Shown here one piece after another: positions 37,797 to 45,638 of a stretch of DNA of 64,000 nucleotides; within the stretch, counting starts at the first letter, position 1; every line of letters starts with the position of its first letter. The stretch covers positions 85,190-149,189 of the forward strand of contig JAJEHS010000004.1 of NCBI GenBank assembly GCA_022823605.1, read 5' to 3'. This stretch comes from Paracoccaceae bacterium. Its GTDB lineage: Bacteria; Pseudomonadota; Alphaproteobacteria; Rhodobacterales; Rhodobacteraceae. The position numbers and the translations under genes were made by a program. The notes under the pieces were generated by a model, which did no database searches, was not told where the DNA came from, and saw only the letters and a program-made list of their open reading frames with translations.

Positions 37797-38726
37797 ATGG
37801 ATACCTTAATGAAAAACAAGCATATCACTATTCTGGGAGTCTTTGTTGCCGATACCGCATTCAGGGCTGATCGAATGCCCAAAATGGGTGAAACGCTCAT
37901 TGGAATGGATTTTAAATTGGGGCCTGGAGGAAAGGGTTCCAATCAGGCTGTGGCTGTAGCCCGCTTGGGAGCACCTGTTTCATTCATTTCCAAACTTGGG
38001 AAAGATGAATTTGCCAAAATGGCTTTATCAACTTGGAAAAGCGAAGGTGTTACTCCACGAATTCTGGAAGACAAGGACAGTTTTACCGGAGCGGCATTTA
38101 TCTACGTTGATGACAAACTTGGTGACAATGCCATAATAGTCGTTCCGGGGGCGGCCCAAACGATTACTCCTGATGATATGGAAAACTACCGGGAGGAAAT
38201 TGCCAGCAGTTCAATCTTCATGACTCAAATCGAAACACCATTGGATGCTTCCGTCAAGGGACTTGCAATCGCGAAGGAAGCAGGAGTGATTACAATCCTC
38301 AACCCGGCCCCGGCAGTGCCACTATCAAGAAAGGTTTTGGAATTATGCGATTATCTGACCCCGAATGAAAGTGAAGCAGAAATATTGACCGGAATGGAAG
38401 TAAAAAATGTCAATGATGCCATGGAAGCAACGGAAAAGCTTCGTTCGATGGGCGGTAATAGAATCATCATAACCCTTGGTGAACGAGGTGCCTTTTACAA
38501 TGATGGTAAAATTTCCGAGCATGTTCCTGCCAGTTCAATTGGAAAGGTTGTTGAGACAACTGGTGCTGGAGATAGTTTTTGTGGTGCATTTGCCTATGCT
38601 CTATTGAATAATATGGGTCCCGTTAATTCAACAAGGTTTGCTTGTACAGCAGCTTCGATTTCCGTCACCAGACCTGGTACGGCTCCTGCCATGCCAACCC
38701 TGGAAGAAGTAAAACAGCATTTATAG
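37797..38726 (+). CDS. rbsK: ribokinase (PfkB family)
   Basis: GGKGSNQAVA, NPAPA and TTGAGDSFCGAF motifs. Confidence 0.85.
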   Translation: MDTLMKNKHITILGVFVADTAFRADRMPKMGETLIGMDFKLGPGGKGSNQAVAVARLGAPVSFISKLGKDEFAKMALSTWKSEGVTPRILEDKDSFTGAAFIYVDDKLGDNAIIVVPGAAQTITPDDMENYREEIASSSIFMTQIETPLDASVKGLAIAKEAGVITILNPAPAVPLSRKVLELCDYLTPNESEAEILTGMEVKNVNDAMEATEKLRSMGGNRIIITLGERGAFYNDGKISEHVPASSIGKVVETTGAGDSFCGAFAYALLNNMGPVNSTRFACTAASISVTRPGTAPAMPTLEEVKQHL

Positions 38727-38755
38727 TTTGCCAACATCATTGAACAGGTAAAACA

Positions 38756-39370
38756 GTGACTGATAATGATACCCATCACCATCACAGGCATTTGCCGCCT
38801 GACCCTGAATATACTGCCGAAAAGTTGCAGGAATTGCTGATCCAGAAGGGATTGGTGGATGAAAAGGCCTTGGATGAAATCGTAAACATCTACGAACACA
38901 AGATTGGACCTCAAAATGGATCAAGAGTAGTTGCCAAGTCATGGGTTAATGAAGAATTCAAAAAACTGCTTTTTGACAATCCAACCGAGGCAATTAAATC
39001 TCTTGGCTTCCATGGCAGGCAGGGTGAACATATTATTGCTGTCGAAAACACCAATGAAACCCACAACATGGTCGTCTGTACCCTTTGCAGTTGTTATCCC
39101 TGGCCTCTGTTGGGAATCCCACCGAATTGGTACAAATCTGATTCATATAGGAAACGGGCCGTAAGGGAACCACGAAAGGTACTTCAGGAATTTGGTGTTG
39201 AACTACAAGGTACTCAGAAAGTCAAGGTCTGGGACAGTACAGCAGAGATAAGGTATTTGGTTGTACCGATGCAACCGGAAGAATCCAAGGGATTGAGTGA
39301 AGATGAATTGGTCCCTTGGGTTACAAGAAACTCAATGATCGGAACAGGATTACCCACCGAACCAAAATGA
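38756..39370 (+). CDS. nthA: nitrile hydratase alpha subunit, cobalt type
   Basis: Metal-binding claw VCTLCSCYPW (CTLCSC at 39077-39094; Thr is the Co-type signature and Ser the Fe-type). GTG start. N-terminal HHHHRH tract. Confidence 0.9.
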   Translation: MTDNDTHHHHRHLPPDPEYTAEKLQELLIQKGLVDEKALDEIVNIYEHKIGPQNGSRVVAKSWVNEEFKKLLFDNPTEAIKSLGFHGRQGEHIIAVENTNETHNMVVCTLCSCYPWPLLGIPPNWYKSDSYRKRAVREPRKVLQEFGVELQGTQKVKVWDSTAEIRYLVVPMQPEESKGLSEDELVPWVTRNSMIGTGLPTEPK

Positions 39371-40050
39371 TCAAGATTCATGATATGGGTGGACTGCCCT
39401 GCGTGGAAGCCCTGCCCGTAGAAAACAAAACAGTATTTGAAAAAGAATGGCACAAAATAGTTTTGTCCTTGACCTTGGCTGTTGGAGCTTTGGGTAAATG
39501 GAACATTGACAGGTCACGGTATTTTCGGGAATCACTCCCCCCGGATGATTACAAACGGTTTACCTATTACGAGAAATGGATGGCAGGATTGGTAAACCTA
39601 ATGGTTGACAGTGGTTTGGTTGATCAATCCGAGTTACGTGATTTCAAGGCAGCAAACAAACCCATGCGAGGGGTCAGCGTATCACCTGAAGCTCTAAAAT
39701 CAATGATTGCCAAAGGTGACTCGAGCCTTTGCAGTAGCAACACATCCTTTCAACCGCATGAAATTGGAACGCCGGTTAAAACCAAATCCCCTCCCGACAA
39801 CGATTATCTGGAAAACGGTCACACAAGATTGCCAGCCTATTCTTCAGGATATCAAGGTCAAATCGTTTTGTTTCATGGATTTCATCGATTACCTGACACC
39901 AACGCACATTTGTTGGGACCAAAGCCCGAGCCTCTTTATACCGTCAGTTTCACGGCAAAAAGCCTTTGGGGAAACGAAGCCGAAAATCCTGACGACGAAA
40001 TTCATCTGGATTTATGGCATAGCTATTTGGAGCCACTACAAAGCGTTTAA
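39367..40050 (+). CDS. nthB: nitrile hydratase beta subunit
   Basis: MIKIHDMGGL N-terminus typical of NHase beta. ATGA overlap with the alpha stop. 227 aa. The longer track ORF from 39316 overlaps the alpha subunit and is not used. Confidence 0.85.
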   Translation: MIKIHDMGGLPCVEALPVENKTVFEKEWHKIVLSLTLAVGALGKWNIDRSRYFRESLPPDDYKRFTYYEKWMAGLVNLMVDSGLVDQSELRDFKAANKPMRGVSVSPEALKSMIAKGDSSLCSSNTSFQPHEIGTPVKTKSPPDNDYLENGHTRLPAYSSGYQGQIVLFHGFHRLPDTNAHLLGPKPEPLYTVSFTAKSLWGNEAENPDDEIHLDLWHSYLEPLQSV

Positions 40051-40147
40051 GGAGTAAACCGCTCAACATTAATTTCCAAAATGAATTTTATTTCCTGTTT
40101 GTTTACATTTATGAAATAAATCTTAATTGCTTAGGGCAAGTAAATGT

Positions 40148-40237
40148 GGAGAGGTGGCCGAGTGGTCGAAGGCGCACGCCTGGAACGCGTGTAGGCGGGG
40201 AACCGTCTCCAGGGTTCGAATCCCTGTCTCTCCGCCA
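40148..40237 (+). tRNA. tRNA-Ser (anticodon GGA)
   Basis: GGAGAGGTGGCCGAGTGGTCGAAGGCG-CACGC-CTGGAAC-GCGTG...long variable arm...GGGTTCGAATCCC...TCTCTCC-G-CCA. Confidence 0.92.
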
Positions 40238-40274
40238 TTTGCAACATTACCGATAGATCTGAAGAAGTGGAATT

Positions 40275-40661
40275 ATGCGATTTAAATATACAATTCTCTA
40301 TGTTGAAGATGTCACCCGCAGCATCGAGTTCTACGAAAGGGCGTTTGGACTTGAGCGAAGAATGATTGTTGAAGCCGGCGACTATGGAGAATTAGCAACT
40401 GGGATTACAACCCTGGCATTTTCTTCGCACGACCTCATGACACAACTCGGTAAAAATCCCGGGATTGCTGATGTTAAAGCCCCTGTTTTCGAGATAGCTT
40501 TTGAAACAGACGATGTACAGGGGTCTCTTAACAAAGCCAAACAGGCTGGTGCCACTGTCATTCAAGACGCCAGCGAGATGTCTTGGGGACAAACCATCTC
40601 CTATGTATCGGATTTGGACGGGTATTTGATTGAAATTTGTTCACCTGTCAGAGGTACTTAA
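40275..40661 (+). CDS. VOC (glyoxalase/bleomycin resistance/dioxygenase) family protein
   Basis: 128 aa. N-terminal FKYTILYVEDVTRSIEFYERAFGL and C-terminal DLDGYLIEIC are typical of VOC repeats. Confidence 0.8.
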   Translation: MRFKYTILYVEDVTRSIEFYERAFGLERRMIVEAGDYGELATGITTLAFSSHDLMTQLGKNPGIADVKAPVFEIAFETDDVQGSLNKAKQAGATVIQDASEMSWGQTISYVSDLDGYLIEICSPVRGT

Positions 40662-40753
40662 CAAAAATTATACAGACACTTGCAACAAATTTGGCACCGG
40701 TTAAAATATGCCCGGAAAACCCGTTCCCAAACATATTCGTTGCATCATTCTTG

Positions 40754-43090
40754 CTAGGAATCCATGGTTTCCTTGTTTTTCATCCACCATGCTGCAAGAG
40801 GTCTCATATTCAATATCGCACGACAAGTAAGTTGGCCCTTATCGTAAGCTGCGGGAGTTTGAAAAACCAAGTTTCTTCGAACATACAATTGGTGATAAAG
40901 AGTTTTTCTCAACTGTTCGGCTTCATCAAGTAATCCCCATTCCTCAAGCTGGGCAGCAAAACTGAAATTGAAACCGGGCTGAATTTCCTTCGTTTGAAAG
41001 CTAGTATCATCCTGATGAGGAAGTTTGGCGATTGCTGCAGAGGGGATTTCTGCCAATGAGACAACCCCTTCCCCTCCTCCTTCATCAAGGAAATTCCTCT
41101 CAAAAATGCTTTTTAAGGCCTTACAGGCATTTTCGTGGGGGACGATATCACCTAATCCCAGCCGTCGAGCAAGAAAAGGACCAAAAAGCTGTTCAATGAA
41201 GCAGGCCTCTGAAAAGTGACCTTGGGTATCCACCCGATACCAAGAACCAGTAAATAAACTGTCATTATATGTCTGCGTAGCCTTTTTGGCGATCTTATCC
41301 CAATGCTCCGACAAACTGCGTTCACCAGCTTCCTTTGCCAGTTTTGAACCTGCCAGTAGTGCTGCAATCCAAAGACCACCACAATAACTTGAGGCGCCAA
41401 GCATCGGAATATTGTCGAATGTTTGATCTGGGATACCTTCATTTTCAATCAATCCGTCACCATCCCGGTCAAAAATCTGTAGAAACTCTATGGCAGCCTT
41501 GACAGCGGGGAACCTACTGGTTCGCCATCCCTTTTCCATGGCCTTCCCTTCCCTGAACAGACAAAGAATGAGGTCACAATTCAAATCCTTCCAGATGGTG
41601 GCATCCCGATAGGTATAGGAGTTGGCTGTAAAGAATGGGTCCTCGCCTGGTCCTCCCAAATCGTGTGGACAAGCGTCTTGGGGATTGACAGGAAACAGGT
41701 TTTTGTCCCAGCGATGTCGTCTCATGCGAGCATCATTTTCTTGTAAGTGCATCGCATAATCACTGGCCACACTGGCAGCCAGTTCGGGAAAAAAATTGGC
41801 TACCGCTTCGGCAGCATAAATCCATAGGTCAAGAGTATTGTAAAGCGCATAGTCATGACATTCGATTATCCCGAAATGCGCCTGATTGTTCTGAGCCCCT
41901 TCAGGAATTGCGAATACCGTAAGCCCATCAACCAGAAAATAGGATTCATTGATGGCAACTCCTGCTCTATGAGGTTCATCCCCAAGTTGACTGGAGATTG
42001 AATCATGCCACTCAGAAATTTGACTCTCCCAAATCTCAACGGAATTAAATGCCAATTCCGTCAACTTTTGTGCATTGCGGCCAGTTTGTCCCCACTCCCT
42101 CGTATAGTATCTGTACCACCTCCGTCCCTGCCCGAAGGTTACCATTGGAAGGTCCCAGATCAAGGTCATGATCATCGTTCGTTCTTCACCCGGAGTCAAA
42201 GTTGTCCTTGCACAAACAGCAGCCGTAGGATGTCCTGGTGGTGTTTCCCTGAACCCACTTTCACTTAACCATCCCTCACCGAGGTCGGGAGCATCGCCAA
42301 ATTGTAGAAAATGAGCCCAGAATTCATGACCATCACCTGTTCCATCAAAACATATTGTCTTGCTCAGGATTAAATCACTCTCATCTCTGACGGCAATACT
42401 CCACTCGCCTGTTCCTTCGGAGGGAATTTTATCAACACGACGCCTGTCAAGTATAACCCCTAGCCCTTGGTCAGTCTCCATCGAATGGTTGAAACAACCT
42501 GCTTCAACACGCCCTGGGCGCCCCTCCTGAAAGTCATTAAACCAACCATTCAAATTGGCAAAGTGAAAACCAAGGGATACCTCTGCCTGCGATTGTCCCC
42601 TGTTTCTCAATCGCCACCGAAACACTGCAACAGGTAAGGTTGAATTCTGCAAGTCACCTGCGATTACCGGCGAGAAAGACATGCATTCTGGAACGATATC
42701 ATCTACAGCTTCATGCTTGTGCCAAGCCAGGGGAAACAAACCATTCCACTCGGGCGATGCTGTTTCAAAGTCAAATGATTCCAATTCACCTGAAGATGGC
42801 TGAGGTTGCAATGAACGGGCTTCAGGTGGGTTTCCCTCACGCTTAACTCGAAGTATGAACCCATTGGCAGGCATGTCAAATACCTTGACACCACCTCCCT
42901 TGATTGTCCAACGGCTAAACCTACCATCGGAAGAGCGTGTAATTCCCCCGGTACCTATGCCTCCGAGTGGAACTCCAGTAGAGGTTATGGGTTTGAACAG
43001 GCAGTCAATCTTGGGGGTCGAAGTAGCCAATTCGTGATTGCCTGACCGAAATAAAGAAGATAGTGGAGCTGAAAAAGGATCGTTTCGCAT
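40754..43090 (-). CDS. GH116-family beta-glucosidase (GBA2-type glucosylceramidase-like)
   Basis: N-terminal GBA2_N signature VPLGGIGTGGITRSSDGRFSRWTI. About 780 aa with an (alpha/alpha)6-type C-terminal half (NTLDLWIYAAEA..., GIPDQTFDN). Confidence 0.75.
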   Translation of the reverse strand: MRNDPFSAPLSSLFRSGNHELATSTPKIDCLFKPITSTGVPLGGIGTGGITRSSDGRFSRWTIKGGGVKVFDMPANGFILRVKREGNPPEARSLQPQPSSGELESFDFETASPEWNGLFPLAWHKHEAVDDIVPECMSFSPVIAGDLQNSTLPVAVFRWRLRNRGQSQAEVSLGFHFANLNGWFNDFQEGRPGRVEAGCFNHSMETDQGLGVILDRRRVDKIPSEGTGEWSIAVRDESDLILSKTICFDGTGDGHEFWAHFLQFGDAPDLGEGWLSESGFRETPPGHPTAAVCARTTLTPGEERTMIMTLIWDLPMVTFGQGRRWYRYYTREWGQTGRNAQKLTELAFNSVEIWESQISEWHDSISSQLGDEPHRAGVAINESYFLVDGLTVFAIPEGAQNNQAHFGIIECHDYALYNTLDLWIYAAEAVANFFPELAASVASDYAMHLQENDARMRRHRWDKNLFPVNPQDACPHDLGGPGEDPFFTANSYTYRDATIWKDLNCDLILCLFREGKAMEKGWRTSRFPAVKAAIEFLQIFDRDGDGLIENEGIPDQTFDNIPMLGASSYCGGLWIAALLAGSKLAKEAGERSLSEHWDKIAKKATQTYNDSLFTGSWYRVDTQGHFSEACFIEQLFGPFLARRLGLGDIVPHENACKALKSIFERNFLDEGGGEGVVSLAEIPSAAIAKLPHQDDTSFQTKEIQPGFNFSFAAQLEEWGLLDEAEQLRKTLYHQLYVRRNLVFQTPAAYDKGQLTCRAILNMRPLAAWWMKNKETMDS

Positions 43091-43576
43091 CTGATTAACT
43101 TTTGATCAGGGCATAATTGTGACTCAGACCATTTTATCCATTGATGTGTGCAAGATATCAAGTGAGATCTTTTGATTGGGTGATAAATCAAACTGAATTC
43201 CAAGTCAAGGCTATTGATGCATCCTTCAGGGCAATATCTGTGGAAATGGTGCTATAATCAGGACTTTAACGATGTCCCAAGTGGATACCCGGCTAATTTA
43301 TTTGGATACAATCTGAATTGAAAATACAGACTCTTTTTCCTACGAAAAAACATGGAATTAATGCTCACTTAAGAACCTTTAAATAACCAAAAACTGTATC
43401 AGAGAGACAATTAACTTGGGGAATTCATTTTCCTTTGAAGTACCATGTAAATGCCAAAACCAATGGTTTTGTGGGTTGGTTTATATTTACCAAGGGTAGT
43501 AATAATTACTACTGCATTTTTATTTCATGATCTTTGGGAATTCTAATCGGAATCCCCAGTTTAGTTTTAATTGGAT

Positions 43577-44233
43577 CTATGAAGGTTGCTTGGTTTTTCG
43601 CAAGTAAGGCAAAACCGACTCAAAGTCTCCAAACCGTTCCCTTGCATCTTCATTGGATACTGCTGGAGTAATAATGACATCCTCACCCTGTTTCCAGTTG
43701 GCTGGAGTTGCAACCTGATGATTGATCGTGAGCTGAATGGAATCCAGTGCACGCAGAATTTCATCAAAATTCCTGCCCGTTGTCATGGGATACGTCAAGG
43801 ATAATTTGATTTTCTTGTCAGGTCCAATGATGAATACTGATCTGACGGTTGCATTGTCGGCTGGTGTACGTCCTTCAGAGGTTGCTCCTTCCGATGCAGG
43901 TAGCATGTCATACAACTTGGCCACTTTCAATTCCCTGTCACCGATCATCGGATAGGAAACCTTGTTGCCGGAAACAGTTTCAATGTCTGATTTCCAACGA
44001 TGATGATCTTCAACGGGATCAACCGAAATGCCAATGATCTTGGCCTTGCGCTTGGCAAATTCTTCTTCCATTCCAGCCATGACACCCAATTCGGTTGTGC
44101 ATACCGGGGTAAAATCCTTGGGATGGGAAAACAATACGGCGTAACCATCACCTATCCATTCATGAAAGTTGATTTCACCTTCAGTGGTGCCAATTGTAAA
44201 ATCTGGAGCAGTGTCGTTAATTCGAAGTACCAT
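43577..44233 (-). CDS. 1-Cys peroxiredoxin (Prx6-like)
   Basis: FSHPKDFTPVCTTELG active site. 218 aa with a Prx6-type C-terminal extension. Confidence 0.9.
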   Translation of the reverse strand: MVLRINDTAPDFTIGTTEGEINFHEWIGDGYAVLFSHPKDFTPVCTTELGVMAGMEEEFAKRKAKIIGISVDPVEDHHRWKSDIETVSGNKVSYPMIGDRELKVAKLYDMLPASEGATSEGRTPADNATVRSVFIIGPDKKIKLSLTYPMTTGRNFDEILRALDSIQLTINHQVATPANWKQGEDVIITPAVSNEDARERFGDFESVLPYLRKTKQPS

Positions 44234-44307
44234 GGGTTAACTCCCTGTAATAATTTAAAAATTGCTTCCCAATTATATGAGATGCGTTTAATTATTTTCC
44301 AATGGGA

Positions 44308-45021
44308 TTAATCAACAAATAAATTTACCCGACGATTGTTTCGCCCCTTTTTCTCAATCTTGCCCAACCGGATCTTGCCTATCTCACTTGTTGACCTCAC
44401 ATGGGTCCCTCCACAAGGTTGCAAATCCACGGATTCCGCTGATGACCCGATTCTGACCAACCGAACCCGGCCTGACCCCATTGGAGGTTTGACCGACATG
44501 GTTTTAACCATTTCAGGTTTTTGAGCCAACTCTTCCGAACTGATCCACTCATAGGAGACGGGTAAGGCTTGATTGATTAGGTTATTCAATTGTTCCTCAA
44601 TCATTTCCTTGTTTTCAAGGGGATCCGGCATATCAAAATCAAGTCGTCCCTTCAGTGTTGAAATAGAGCCACCGGTAACCGGCAGGGGAATCACGACTGA
44701 AAGGAGATGCAGTGAGGTATGAATTTTCATATGCGTGAATCTTCTGTCCCAGTCAATTTCCTGATGAACCACATCTCCTTCCCGAGGAAGGGACGAGTTT
44801 TTATCAAGAATAATTTCAATCCCGTCCAAGCCGGATTTTCTTACATCACTTACCAAAGCGCGCTGACCATTCCAAGACAAGGTTCCCAAATCGTTAGGTT
44901 GTCCTCCACTTGTTGGATAAAATATGGTTTTCTCAAGAAGAATTCCCCCATTTGGTCCATATCCAACAACTCGGGATTCTAATTCTCTCATGTATGGTTC
45001 TGTCAGATAAACTTGTTTCAT
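44308..45021 (-). CDS. alaX: alanyl-tRNA editing protein (AlaX-M-like)
   Basis: Zinc/editing motifs HTSLHLL and CGGTHV. ATG 45021 (MKQVYLTEPY) is preferred over the track TTG 45060. Confidence 0.8.
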   Translation of the reverse strand: MKQVYLTEPYMRELESRVVGYGPNGGILLEKTIFYPTSGGQPNDLGTLSWNGQRALVSDVRKSGLDGIEIILDKNSSLPREGDVVHQEIDWDRRFTHMKIHTSLHLLSVVIPLPVTGGSISTLKGRLDFDMPDPLENKEMIEEQLNNLINQALPVSYEWISSEELAQKPEMVKTMSVKPPMGSGRVRLVRIGSSAESVDLQPCGGTHVRSTSEIGKIRLGKIEKKGRNNRRVNLFVD

Positions 45022-45558
45022 GTTGATACTCTTCGGGTCTTTACTTAATCTTTCGACCAATGTTGACGGTTCACGGATTATTGACTTAAGAAAGATAGGT
45101 CAGATAAGGTACAAAATCTAGTTACTTAATGGGCCTAATTTTTACAAAAGTACTCTAAGTCAAAATCAATTTAACCTGCCCCTTGGACGCATAATCGTCT
45201 GCAGGCTTGTATTCATTCCTTTGTGATTGACTGAATCCGATTCTACATTTTCGAGCCTGTCACGTAGCCCCTGTTTCTAATCTCGTAATGTCACCTCAGG
45301 TGGATATTATCTGGTCCGGTTTTGGTGCTGATAGTGTAGTGGAAGAAGCTAATAGACAATCTTTCTTGAGCTTTTTTCTGCTTTATTCATCCCATATCAG
45401 TGACCAATACAATCCAGAAATGGCCGAGTTTATTGGGGTATCAAAATTCCATTATCTAGCTACGAATTGAACAAGACGATAACAAGCTTTCAGGATTACG
45501 AATCCAAAATATGATCCATGAAACATGCGGGTATAAAATTGAAAGAAAGATAAAATTT

Positions 45559-45567
45559 TGTTATAAT
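45559..45567 (+). promoter_or_regulatory. extended -10 promoter element (TGTTATAAT) upstream of the autotransporter gene
   Basis: Exact TGnTATAAT match about 65-70 nt upstream of the two candidate ATGs. No convincing -35 element. Confidence 0.35.
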
Positions 45568-45638
45568 CCCCCTATTAAGAAGTTTGAAGCAAGTAAAATG
45601 ATCTCAATAATCACAAGCAGCAAAAAATTCTATGTTGA

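Noticed and set aside
39316-39366. The longer track ORF for the nitrile hydratase beta subunit starting at 39316, and the overlapping ORF 39707-40057
   Set aside because: The extension overlaps the alpha-subunit 3-prime end in another frame. The canonical beta N-terminus MIKIHDMGG begins at the ATGA junction (39367). The ORF at 39707-40057 is an out-of-frame shadow of nthB.
45288-45470. 60-aa ORF whose end (MAEFIGVSKFHYLATN) resembles a piece of an HTH regulator, upstream of the autotransporter
   Set aside because: It is too short, with no complete HTH and no ribosome-binding site. It may be a decayed regulator fragment, but that cannot be supported from the sequence alone.
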